32,000 nt of DNA, from the NCBI RefSeq assembly GCF_004102945.1, contig NZ_CP019384.1, forward strand, positions 600,001 to 632,000. The letters run 5' to 3'. This DNA is from Candidatus Velamenicoccus archaeovorus. Lineage in GTDB: Bacteria > Omnitrophota > Gorgyraeia > Velamenicoccales > Velamenicoccaceae. Below are positions 17,128 through 25,187 of this stretch, piece by piece. Every line of letters starts with the position of its first letter. Within the stretch, counting starts at the first letter, position 1. A program made the translations under genes and the position numbers. The notes under the pieces are model-generated. The model was not told the origin of the DNA. It was given only the letters and a program-made list of their open reading frames with translations, and did not search any database.

Positions 17128-18302
17128 ACTACCTCATTCTTGATTCAGACATTTATTACGAGACAGGCGAAAAGTCCGGAAGGATATCCGGGCAGGATAT
17201 CGGGACGGTTTTTACCGGCGAGGACAAGACCGTCTCGGTTGCAGTTGTAGAGACCCTTCAAAAACACCTGGCCGCACCCCAGAAGGATACCTTCAGCCGT
17301 GACCAATTGATAGCCGAAAGCTTTGGCTCCGAATACGTCACGCAGTCAGAACAGATAGGGAATAACTTCTTTCAGGTCATTGCCATTGAGAAGGCCAAGG
17401 TCAACGAGATCTACAAATGTCTTGGTTTTGAAAACGTCCGGCGTATTGTTCCTTACGCTGTGGCTTTGAGGGAATTCCTAAAGATCAACAATCTCTTGGA
17501 TGTCGAAAAAAGGGTCATTTTCCTGGATTACCTGAACCCTACGGTGCTTTTGACGATTTTCCACGAAGACGCATTTACCACACCCAGGCGCCTTGCCTTA
17601 AACAACCGCATTCCAATAGAAATCACGCGCAGCCAGGAGAACTACAGGAATCTCAATAAGGACGCAAACGGTGTTGATTTTCTGATTATCACCAATTCAA
17701 AGGACATTAAGGATAAGATTGTTGCAAGCGGCCTTGAGGCCAATGAAAATATCACTCTGGTTAAGGATCCTTATCCGGCTTTGACAGGTCTTAGGCAAGG
17801 CAAATTCAGCATGCACTATCTCCTGCCCGAGCAATTTATCCGCCTAAGGCGGGCAAAAGAGATAAAGAAGCGTTTCCTGAGCCTCGGAGTTATGGCTGCA
17901 ATTCTTAGCGTATTTCTGGCCGTGTTTGCTGTCTCATTTGGCATTAATAAGGACAGGAGGCTTGCATTAAAGGATTTGCAGCTCAAAGAGCGGTCCGAAA
18001 GCGAAAAGTTAAAACAGGCTTATACGGCAAAATACAGAGATATGGTCAGACGTGGAGTGAAGATCAATTTCGACGATTACCTCGAGTCCTTTATTAACGC
18101 GGTACCTGATGAATACAAGATAGAGTCCATTGTCATGAGGAAAATATCATCCGGAGTTTTTCGGTTTGAGGCGGTTGTGTTGGCAGATGATGATAGGTCC
18201 TGCTCTGCTTTCGTCCTGCCGCAGCATTTCAGGCAGGCCAAGACAGAGAATATTCTGGTCAAAAGCAATCCCGGAGTTCGTGTGATGTTGGATATCTTCT
18301 AA
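17124..18302 (+). CDS. GspL / PilM-PilN-fusion-like bitopic assembly protein (IncI PilO position)
   Basis: A cytoplasmic domain of about 260 aa, a single TM helix (FLSLGVMAAILSVFLAVFAVSF), then a periplasmic domain of about 110 aa. ATGA overlap with the secretin gene. Confidence 0.45.
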   Translation: MNYLILDSDIYYETGEKSGRISGQDIGTVFTGEDKTVSVAVVETLQKHLAAPQKDTFSRDQLIAESFGSEYVTQSEQIGNNFFQVIAIEKAKVNEIYKCLGFENVRRIVPYAVALREFLKINNLLDVEKRVIFLDYLNPTVLLTIFHEDAFTTPRRLALNNRIPIEITRSQENYRNLNKDANGVDFLIITNSKDIKDKIVASGLEANENITLVKDPYPALTGLRQGKFSMHYLLPEQFIRLRRAKEIKKRFLSLGVMAAILSVFLAVFAVSFGINKDRRLALKDLQLKERSESEKLKQAYTAKYRDMVRRGVKINFDDYLESFINAVPDEYKIESIVMRKISSGVFRFEAVVLADDDRSCSAFVLPQHFRQAKTENILVKSNPGVRVMLDIF

Positions 18303-18321
18303 ATGGAAGGAGGTGGAATCA

Positions 18322-18549
18322 ATGTCGATTTATTACGGAAAACTCAGCCGCAAAGTTGGCAAGGAGGGAAAAGAATACTTTGTGGGTCGGGCAGGCGGGA
18401 TCCCTGTCAGGGCAGCCTGGGGAAAAAAGAAGGAAGACGACATCTGCATCTTTTTGGATGTCGATAGGATTAATTTCCTGGCAAAGGGCGAGAAGGCAAA
18501 TGGCGCCGGCGAAGAGGCAGGTGCCGGGGCAGAGGAAAATCAGGCGTAA
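18322..18549 (+). CDS. small hypothetical protein (weak DUF736-like pattern) with an acidic Gly/Ala/Glu tail
   Basis: 75 aa with a GGAAGGAGG RBS 8 nt upstream. AGGIPVRAAWGKKKEDDICIFLDVD loosely resembles the DUF736 core (AGG..iGAAWkK......yLsvkLDD). Confidence 0.35.
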   Translation: MSIYYGKLSRKVGKEGKEYFVGRAGGIPVRAAWGKKKEDDICIFLDVDRINFLAKGEKANGAGEEAGAGAEENQA

Positions 18550-18562
18550 TGATAAGTCGAAG

Positions 18563-18605
18563 AGCTCATCCGGTGCGTTTAGGGCCGGATGAGCTTGGAG
18601 GTTTT
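18563..18605 (+). terminator. perfect 11-bp hairpin inside the pilus operon (terminator or attenuator)
   Basis: AGCTCATCCGG (18563-18573) pairs with CCGGATGAGCT (18585-18595), followed by TGGAGGTTTTT. Confidence 0.4.
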
Positions 18606-18620
18606 TAAGAAAACAAAGCC

Positions 18621-19106
18621 ATGAAAACTATCACATTTCTTTTTGCGGCGGCAATTTTGTTTTTATCCATAAAAATATGGGGCCTTGACCAGGACTCGAG
18701 CCTGCTTAATATCCGGCTAAAAAAAGCCCGGGAAGAGATCAGGGCGATCGTTCTGAAACAAAACAGTCTTAGCGTCTATAGAGATGAGCCAGCCCTGCCT
18801 TTGGACCAATGCTATCTGCAAGTTTACAACGACATCAAGGAAATAGCCGCCTACTACGATGAGATCTGTGATGTCAAGATCGTCGGAGCCAAGGAGCTGG
18901 TGGCTATAAAAGAGTTTTCTAAGCCGTCTGGCTATGAAGGGATAAGATATCTCGACGTCCTTAGCCGGTTTACTTTAAGTGAAAAGACAGGGCATTCTTT
19001 GTTGTGCATGTTTTATGGCTTAAGCCAAGCCGGGCCGATGGAGATCCTGGGGGTTGATATGGAAAAAAATATTGTTACTCTGACCATGCGTCTTTACGGG
19101 ATTTAA
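18621..19106 (+). CDS. PilO/GspM-like inner-membrane assembly protein
   Basis: 161 aa. N-terminal TM helix (ITFLFAAAILFLSIKIWG), a short coiled coil, then an alpha/beta domain. Size and position fit GspM/PilO. Confidence 0.4.
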   Translation: MKTITFLFAAAILFLSIKIWGLDQDSSLLNIRLKKAREEIRAIVLKQNSLSVYRDEPALPLDQCYLQVYNDIKEIAAYYDEICDVKIVGAKELVAIKEFSKPSGYEGIRYLDVLSRFTLSEKTGHSLLCMFYGLSQAGPMEILGVDMEKNIVTLTMRLYGI

Positions 19107-19123
19107 GAAAGGAGGATCTCCTC

Positions 19124-19744
19124 ATGAGAAAACTTTTGATTTTATCTCTAATCTTCGTCTTCGGTATGGGCTTAAGGCTTGTTTGGGCCAGCGACGATAA
19201 CCTTCTGGCTGTGGATGTCTCTCGTCAGGAGAAAAAAATTCCTCCGCGGGAAAACAAGGTCTTTTCGACACAAGAAACGCCCAAGAATAGTGCGTCTGTT
19301 GTTTCGGGGCAGAGGGATGAATTTGCCAAAGATTTGGAAAAAATAAAGGCTTTCCATGAAGCGATGAACGACAAGCGTCATGCCGTAGAGATGATCCGGC
19401 TCGATCTTGAGAAAGAGAGTCTTCTCTTGAAGGAAAAACAGGCTCAGAAGCAGATATACGACATCGACAACAGTCTGCCGTTGGTTAAAAAAGAGGAGTT
19501 TCAGAAAAGTGATCTGTCGGGAGGGCTCAAGGTTTCCGGGGTTGATCCTTCGGATGTCAGGCTCTTGATGATCGTGATCGCCGGAGGCCTGAAAGAAGGG
19601 ATTCTTACTTTGAAAGGCACGCCCTACAGGTTCAAAGAAGGCGATTGTGTCGCCTCAAAGCTGACTGTCTCAAAGATCACAAGGGATACGCTTACGCTCA
19701 AGCAGCCGGATCAAACGGAATTTACGCTGAACTTCATGGATTAA
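19124..19744 (+). CDS. PilP/GspC-like assembly protein
   Basis: N-terminal signal/anchor (LLILSLIFVFGMGLRLVWA), a coiled-coil linker, and a C-terminal beta-domain (ILTLKGTPYRFKEGDCVASKLTVSKITRDTLTLKQ) like the PilP/GspC HR domain. Confidence 0.4.
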   Translation: MRKLLILSLIFVFGMGLRLVWASDDNLLAVDVSRQEKKIPPRENKVFSTQETPKNSASVVSGQRDEFAKDLEKIKAFHEAMNDKRHAVEMIRLDLEKESLLLKEKQAQKQIYDIDNSLPLVKKEEFQKSDLSGGLKVSGVDPSDVRLLMIVIAGGLKEGILTLKGTPYRFKEGDCVASKLTVSKITRDTLTLKQPDQTEFTLNFMD

Positions 19745-19747
19745 AAC

Positions 19748-21388
19748 ATGGCTATAGAGAAGATAGGCGATATCCTCCTTAAAGCCCGCAGCGTCACAAA
19801 AGAAGAGCTGGACTATTGTTTTGCGATCCAGAAGGGCCTAAAGACGGATGAGAAGATAGGTAAGATCCTCAGGTATTTTAACTTTACAACAGACAAGGAG
19901 ATCGCCTGTGCCCTTGCCTATCAGGTAGGGTGGAAGTATTTTGACAAGAAATACGTGATTGACCTTGAGACAATCGATGGGATCGGTCTTGAGTTTTTCA
20001 AGCAAGAATCTTTTGTTCCTGTGAGGACTGACGAAGGCCTGGCGTTTGTCTTTGCGCATCCTTTTGCCGTCGCTGCCACGGATTGTTTGTCGAAATACGG
20101 CTTAAGTGATAAAGACTGCTACGTTGGCAGCGAAAACCAGGTCCGTTATCACCTCGATTGTCTTTCCAACCGCAAAAAGGCGGCCGAGATAGAAAAAAAG
20201 ATAGGCCTTATTAAAGAGCAGGGTCTCATCGGCAATGAGCTTAAGGAATTGGCGGACGCTCTTCTGGATGAAGCGATCATCCAGGGCGCAAGCGATATCC
20301 ACATCGAGCCTGAGGAAAAGATAAGTACGGTGCGTTTCAGGATCGACGGGATGCTTTATTTTCGGCTGGCGATCCGACCCGATGTGCACAATAATCTTGT
20401 CAACATCATATTCAGCAAGGCGGATATCACGGTCAGCGATTTTTTGAAGTTCCACGATGCCAGGTTCCAGCACAACTATTCAAACCACGCGGTTGATGTC
20501 AGGGTCTCCTGCATTCCTTCGTCCCACGGCCCGGCCCTGGTGCTTCGTCTCCTGGACGTCACGAGGTCGCTCATCACTTTGGAACAGCTGGGATTTGACA
20601 GGACGCATTTTGATTGCATACGACGCATTGCGCAGAAGCCACACGGCATTATCATCATGGCCGGTCCCACAGGATCAGGCAAGACAACGACGCTTTATGC
20701 CATCTTAAACGAGCTTAAGTCCGTCTCAACGAAGGTGATCACGATCGAGGACCCGGTGGAGATAAAGATGCCGCTTGTCAATCAGGTCCAGATTAACGAG
20801 AAGCAGGGCATCACGTTCGCAGGCGCCACCCGAGCTTTTTTGAGGCATGATCCAAACATCATCTTGATCGGGGAGATTAGGGACAGGGATACAGCCCAGG
20901 AAGCCATCCGTGCAGCCATTACAGGCCATAGGGTGCTTTCGACATTGCACACGAACACGGCCGTTGATTCTATTTACAGGCTTCATGACTTAGGGGTTGA
21001 TCTGCCCTATATCTCAAACAGCATTTTGGCTGTTATCTCGCAAAGGCTGATCAGGAAGCTATGCTCATCCTGCAAGAAGAAAGTCACGGTCAAGAAAGAG
21101 AAGTGGCCGGCATTCTTTAAAGAACAATTCAAGGAAGACAAAAGCGAAATCCGCGCCTACAAAGCCGTCGGCTGCGACCATTGCCAGGCAGGTTACAAAG
21201 GCCGCACTGTCATTGCGGAGATTCTGGAGTTTGATCCGGAGATTAAAAGCATAGTTGCGTCAGGACGACTCGAGTCACTTCATGATAAAGAGAGGCAAAA
21301 GTCGCGCCTTGACCTTGGCCAGGATGCAGCCAGGCTTATTCTTTGCGGCGTGACCTCTTTTGAAGAGGCAGAAAGGATCATCGGATAG
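19748..21388 (+). CDS. type IV pilus / T2SS assembly ATPase (PilB/GspE family)
   Basis: T2SSE_N-like N-terminus (IGDILLKARSVTKEELDYCFAIQK...KIGKIL). Walker A GPTGSGKTTT. Asp/His boxes (IGEIRD, VLSTLHTN). Tetracysteine motif CSSCKKK...CDHCQAGYKGR. Confidence 0.9.
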   Translation: MAIEKIGDILLKARSVTKEELDYCFAIQKGLKTDEKIGKILRYFNFTTDKEIACALAYQVGWKYFDKKYVIDLETIDGIGLEFFKQESFVPVRTDEGLAFVFAHPFAVAATDCLSKYGLSDKDCYVGSENQVRYHLDCLSNRKKAAEIEKKIGLIKEQGLIGNELKELADALLDEAIIQGASDIHIEPEEKISTVRFRIDGMLYFRLAIRPDVHNNLVNIIFSKADITVSDFLKFHDARFQHNYSNHAVDVRVSCIPSSHGPALVLRLLDVTRSLITLEQLGFDRTHFDCIRRIAQKPHGIIIMAGPTGSGKTTTLYAILNELKSVSTKVITIEDPVEIKMPLVNQVQINEKQGITFAGATRAFLRHDPNIILIGEIRDRDTAQEAIRAAITGHRVLSTLHTNTAVDSIYRLHDLGVDLPYISNSILAVISQRLIRKLCSSCKKKVTVKKEKWPAFFKEQFKEDKSEIRAYKAVGCDHCQAGYKGRTVIAEILEFDPEIKSIVASGRLESLHDKERQKSRLDLGQDAARLILCGVTSFEEAERIIG

Positions 21389-22606
21389 ATGCACTACAAA
21401 TATAGCGTCCTTTCACAGACCGGCAATGAGATAAGCGGCACCGAACAGGGCTCTTATCAGGCGATCAGAGACAAGCTAAAGAATAACAATTTTCACATTT
21501 TGTCCCTGGAGCCTGATCTTATCAAGTCCATCGAATTTTATCTGAAAAGAAAACGAATCAAGGCCCAGGCTCTGGCTGAACTTTTTGAGGACCTTTCGAA
21601 TACCCTAGAAACCGGCCTGAGCATGAATGAGGCTATTATGACGCTTGAGGAATCCTCAGTCGAGCCTGTCTTAAAGGAGGCCCTTTCACGGATCAATGCC
21701 AGTCTTTCTAGGGGCGCTTCCTTGACTGAGGCTTTCAGCCGGACAGAAGTCTTTCCCTGGCAGGTTCTCAATATGGTCCGGGTCGGCGAGAAATCCGGAG
21801 GCCTTGAGCGCGTATTCAGGGATCTGGCAGGCTATTTTTCCAGGGAAGCGGACTTTTTACGCAGCTTAAAAGGCGCCTTGGTTTATCCTGCGGTCGTCTT
21901 CTGCCTGCTTGTCGTTGTCATGTTCTATGTTTCTTTCCAGGTGATTCCGCACTTGGAGGCACTCCTGCCGATAAAGGAAAACGCCTGCTTTGCCACGCGC
22001 CTGCTTTTGTCTTTGAGCCATGGCCTGAGGTATTATTGGTTCATGTATTTGGCCGTGCCTGTTGTTTTGGCCTTCTTTTATTCGAGGCTTAAAGTAAGCC
22101 AGGTCGAGCGTATAAGGGATTTTTATTACAGGATTCCAGTATTAGGCCCCTTGATAAAAGACGTGGCTTTCAGCTTTTTGTTCTCTAACCTTGCGATCCT
22201 GCAAAGAAACGGCATCAGCGTCATCGAGGCCCTTTCCCTGGTTCGCGATACATCTTTTGACAAGTTCTTTGCCGAAAAGATTGCCAAAGTTAAGGATACC
22301 GTTATCAGTGGGTTAAGCCTTTGGCAAGCCTTAAAGCGCGATGCGTTTTTTCCCAAGCCTGTCTGCTCAAGCATCAGAAAAGGCGAGGAGATGGGCAACC
22401 TTGACAAATATCTCGAGAGCCTGGCGGATTCATATTTCAAGAAGGTGACGAGGCGCATCGATGCGCTCTTGGGTTTTATCCAGCCGGCATTTTTGATGCT
22501 TTGCGGGCTTCTTCTCTTATTCATCGTGTGGGCGTTCGTCATACCGGTCTACAGCAATCTTTCGAATATAGCGGGTGGGAACCAAATTCTAAAAGGAGGT
22601 GGGTAA
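21389..22606 (+). CDS. type IV pilus / T2SS platform protein (PilC/GspF family)
   Basis: 405 aa with a duplicated GspF-type repeat (LSNTLETGLSMNEAI.. and LAILQRNGISVIEAL..) and three TM helices. Starts one base after the ATPase stop. Confidence 0.85.
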   Translation: MHYKYSVLSQTGNEISGTEQGSYQAIRDKLKNNNFHILSLEPDLIKSIEFYLKRKRIKAQALAELFEDLSNTLETGLSMNEAIMTLEESSVEPVLKEALSRINASLSRGASLTEAFSRTEVFPWQVLNMVRVGEKSGGLERVFRDLAGYFSREADFLRSLKGALVYPAVVFCLLVVVMFYVSFQVIPHLEALLPIKENACFATRLLLSLSHGLRYYWFMYLAVPVVLAFFYSRLKVSQVERIRDFYYRIPVLGPLIKDVAFSFLFSNLAILQRNGISVIEALSLVRDTSFDKFFAEKIAKVKDTVISGLSLWQALKRDAFFPKPVCSSIRKGEEMGNLDKYLESLADSYFKKVTRRIDALLGFIQPAFLMLCGLLLLFIVWAFVIPVYSNLSNIAGGNQILKGGG

Positions 22607-23031
22607 TGAGGAACAAGAAAGGGTTCACGTTGATCGAACTGGTTCTGGTCATCAGTATCATCGCGCTCTTGATTATGGCCGTGGGTCTGGCGTCTGGCGT
22701 CAGGGAAAACGCCAAGATCCACTCAGCCGCAGAGTCCGTTAAGTCTTTAAGGACGGCCGCGGAAAGCTACATCGCTTCAGGTAATATGACGTATGAAGGG
22801 ATCGTAATTTCCGGATTACAAACTGCAGGCTATTTACCCGAGAGTTTTTCGCCGACAGGGTCAAATCCGTGGGGAGGGGATTATACGGTTATGCCTAATG
22901 CGGATCCCAACAAGGTGGATATCTCCTTGACACAGGTCAGCGAGTCGGGGGCGGTGCGACTTTCTGCTTTGTTTGCCAACAGCGCGACAGCAACAAGCTA
23001 TTCTTCCGGAACATGGACCGCGACATTCTAG
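22606..23031 (+). CDS. type IV prepilin (likely major subunit)
   Basis: Class III signal MRNKKG/FTLIELVLVISIIALL (Gly-1, Phe+1, Glu+5). AAAGGAGG RBS. The ATG overlaps the upstream stop (TAATG). The ORF-track start at 22501 is rejected. Confidence 0.85.
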   Translation: MRNKKGFTLIELVLVISIIALLIMAVGLASGVRENAKIHSAAESVKSLRTAAESYIASGNMTYEGIVISGLQTAGYLPESFSPTGSNPWGGDYTVMPNADPNKVDISLTQVSESGAVRLSALFANSATATSYSSGTWTATF

Positions 23032-23483
23032 AAACTGAGGGTTTCAGCTTAATTGAGCTGAGCCTTGTTTTCGCGATAGCTGTCATACTTCTGGGGGTGG
23101 CTTTTTATTCTGCTGCCAGAATGAGACAGGCTGTTTTGGCCAAAAAAACGATCCAGGAGATGGATGTCTTGGCGGATGCAAGCGTTCAATATTATCTGGG
23201 GAACGGGGCGTGGCCGCAGGATGCGGCGGACCTGCGGCCCGCCCACCTCAGTCCTGAGGCAACGGGCATTAATCCTTTTGGCAATGTCTATACCATAACA
23301 GGCGGCGTCTCAAGCGTCACTATTTCGACAGCGCTGCCAAAAGGGCTCATAATGTCTGAAAATTTTGGCAGTGAGATTGTGGTTCAGAATCAAGGCGCCA
23401 ATGATCTGGTTAGCGTCACAAGATCCGTTGAAAGCACGGCGTGGGGATTGCAGTATGACAAGAAGAATATCTTTCATCAATAA
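23013..23483 (+). CDS. type IV minor prepilin / pseudopilin
   Basis: MDRDILETEG/FSLIELSLVFAIAVILLG prepilin signal with Glu+5. Confidence 0.7.
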   Translation: MDRDILETEGFSLIELSLVFAIAVILLGVAFYSAARMRQAVLAKKTIQEMDVLADASVQYYLGNGAWPQDAADLRPAHLSPEATGINPFGNVYTITGGVSSVTISTALPKGLIMSENFGSEIVVQNQGANDLVSVTRSVESTAWGLQYDKKNIFHQ

Positions 23484-24288
23484 AACGGGATTTTCCTTAA
23501 TCGAGCTGTGCATTGCGATGGGGGTTTTGGCCATTCTTGCCTCATCCATCACGCCGGTCTTTATCAAAAGGGTTCAGATTAAGGCAGCGGAAAAGACCGC
23601 GCTTGAAATGGCGAATATCCAGCAGGCAGCTTGCGCTTATTTCATTTCAAACGACGCATGGCCCGACAATATCCAGGTTTTAGGAGCCGCAGGCTATATC
23701 AATCCCGACTGGACGGCGAATAATCCCTGGCAAAATGCCTATAACATTTCATCGACGGCTACAGGTTTTAGCGTAACGACTATTGTGCCTCAGGAATGGA
23801 CCGGTCTGGTCGCAAGAAATCTGCCTACGAGCTCGGTATCTGGAGGATTTGTAACAAGCATGGTTTCGGTGCCCGGGGCTATGTTAAATGAATCGCTTCC
23901 CGCAGGTGCCATTGTCATTTGGTCTGGGACTGTTGCAAGTATTCCTTCAGGATGGCAGCTCTGTGATGGGACCAATGGCACGCCTGATTTAAGGGACAGG
24001 TTTGTGGTTGGGGCAAGCCAGGATGTGGGAAACATGCCAGAGACTAATGTTTCAGGGGTTTTGACCAAGACAGGCGGAGAGGCCAAACATACCATGACCA
24101 TTGCCGAAATGCCGCCGCATTCGCACTCTTACCGCTGGTGGAATGCATGGTATTTTTCAGGAAGCAGCGAGCTGGGTGCAAAAGGCACCTACGATGACAA
24201 CCACCAGACAAGCGTGGTCGGCGGTGGGCAGCCCTTCAATGTGCTGCCGCCTTATTATGCTCTATGTTTTATCATGAAGATGTCTTAA
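23455..24288 (+). CDS. prepilin fused to a C-terminal phage tail-collar (receptor-binding) domain; candidate pilus-tip adhesin
   Basis: MTRRISFINKTG/FSLIELCIAMGVLAILA prepilin signal. The C-terminus PAGAIVIWSGTVASIPSGWQLCDGTNGTPDLRDRFVVGA...GGEAKHTMTIAEMPPHSH...GGGQPFNVLPPYYALCFIMK matches the phage tail collar / MdpB-type signature. Start ATG 23455, not 23365. Confidence 0.75.
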   Translation: MTRRISFINKTGFSLIELCIAMGVLAILASSITPVFIKRVQIKAAEKTALEMANIQQAACAYFISNDAWPDNIQVLGAAGYINPDWTANNPWQNAYNISSTATGFSVTTIVPQEWTGLVARNLPTSSVSGGFVTSMVSVPGAMLNESLPAGAIVIWSGTVASIPSGWQLCDGTNGTPDLRDRFVVGASQDVGNMPETNVSGVLTKTGGEAKHTMTIAEMPPHSHSYRWWNAWYFSGSSELGAKGTYDDNHQTSVVGGGQPFNVLPPYYALCFIMKMS

Positions 24289-24354
24289 GATTCAGGGGGT
24301 TGTTGATTTTAGGTTCGAGGCAGGATGTTCGAGTGGATTTTTATGATCAGCGGT

Positions 24355-24867
24355 TTATATTCCCAGAGTCTTTTTTACGTCTTTTATCAATAGATACATA
24401 TGAAGCGGATCGATGGGCGAGGGTTCGAAGCCGAAGTGTTCATAGAAAGATTTGGCTCGTTCGTTTTTCGCATGGACCAGGATAGCCCGGCCGCCGATGC
24501 TGTCGGCTGCAGCGACGATGCGCACGAGCGCATCCCAAAGTAAGGCCTTGCCTAAACCAGTGCCTCGTGCGGTTTTGTCAGTCGCCAGACGTGCAAGAAT
24601 AACGACTGGAACGGGATAATTGGCCAAACCTTTGCCGATGCGTTGTGGGGCTTCAAGTTTGCTTACCGAACCGGGGGTAAGGGTGTAGTAGCCGACTACC
24701 TGATTGTTTTTGGTCGTGACGTAGGTCCTGGAAGCGCCGTTTTGGTTATTGATAAGCGCGTACTTTTTCAGGTAGCCGTTGAGAGATTCGTCTCCGCAAT
24801 CGAATCGATCGATGGCGTGAGCCCCCTGAAGCAGGGCAGGTGAAGTAAGAGAAGATCCTTCACTCAT
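24355..24867 (-). CDS. tacT: GNAT-family acetyltransferase toxin (TacT/KacT/AtaT-like)
   Basis: 170 aa. FDCGDESLNGYLKKYA, SRTYV, GYYTLTPGSV, ILARLATDKTARGTGLGKALLWDAL and AKSFYEHFGFEP are the hallmarks of DUF1778-associated GNAT toxins. It overlaps the upstream antitoxin gene by 8 nt. Confidence 0.85.
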   Translation of the reverse strand: MSEGSSLTSPALLQGAHAIDRFDCGDESLNGYLKKYALINNQNGASRTYVTTKNNQVVGYYTLTPGSVSKLEAPQRIGKGLANYPVPVVILARLATDKTARGTGLGKALLWDALVRIVAAADSIGGRAILVHAKNERAKSFYEHFGFEPSPIDPLHMYLLIKDVKKTLGI

Positions 24868-25135
24868 GAAAAATGCTTCGTCCTTGAAAAAGTTTCTTGA
24901 GTGCTGGAATTTCCTTGGCTGGCCTGTCCAAAGCGATGCAGAAGGCTTTCCACTGGGCCTGAGGCAGCTGGAAGTGGGCCTTGTCAGCCACCAGATCTTC
25001 CGCTTCTCTTAGAGCGCTAGCCAGAACAAAGGCTGATAGTTTCTGGTGACGAAGGGAAGCTGCGTACACAAGGAGATCCTTTTGGGAGTCTTCAATGCGT
25101 AGATCAATGCGTTCATTTTTTTGTGCTAGTGCCAT
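24860..25135 (-). CDS. tacA: DUF1778 (TacA-like, RHH) antitoxin
   Basis: 91 aa, MALAQKNERIDLRIEDSQKDLLVYAASLRHQKLSAFVLASALREAEDLV... . AAGGAGG RBS on the minus strand. Only this 3' part of the 314-aa minus-strand ORF (24860-25804) is credible. Confidence 0.8.
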   Translation of the reverse strand: MALAQKNERIDLRIEDSQKDLLVYAASLRHQKLSAFVLASALREAEDLVADKAHFQLPQAQWKAFCIALDRPAKEIPALKKLFQGRSIFHE

Positions 25136-25187
25136 TGGTTTATCCTCCTTCTTTGTGGCAATATAAATATAACATATAGTACACACA

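Noticed and set aside
18356-18592. 78-aa Arg/Lys-rich ORF overlapping the small 18322-18549 gene in another frame
   Set aside because: It has no RBS, and its composition is typical of an out-of-frame read of a GA-rich segment. The 18322 frame has the strong RBS.
15231-24288. Reading the nested filament cluster as a classical type II secretion system
   Set aside because: GspL/M/C-like accessory proteins would fit a T2SS. However, there are only three pilins, none GspK/I/J-like by eye, and one carries an adhesin-type domain. The cluster is also embedded in a conjugation operon, so I call it a type IV filament or mating pilus. Phylogeny is needed to settle this.
24289-24354. Shufflon or DGR diversification of the tail-collar pilin, by analogy with R64 pilV
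   Set aside because: I saw no alternative C-terminal segments, no clustered inverted repeats, and no Rci-type recombinase, reverse transcriptase or template repeat near the gene. The 66-nt gap contains only a TTCGAG direct repeat.
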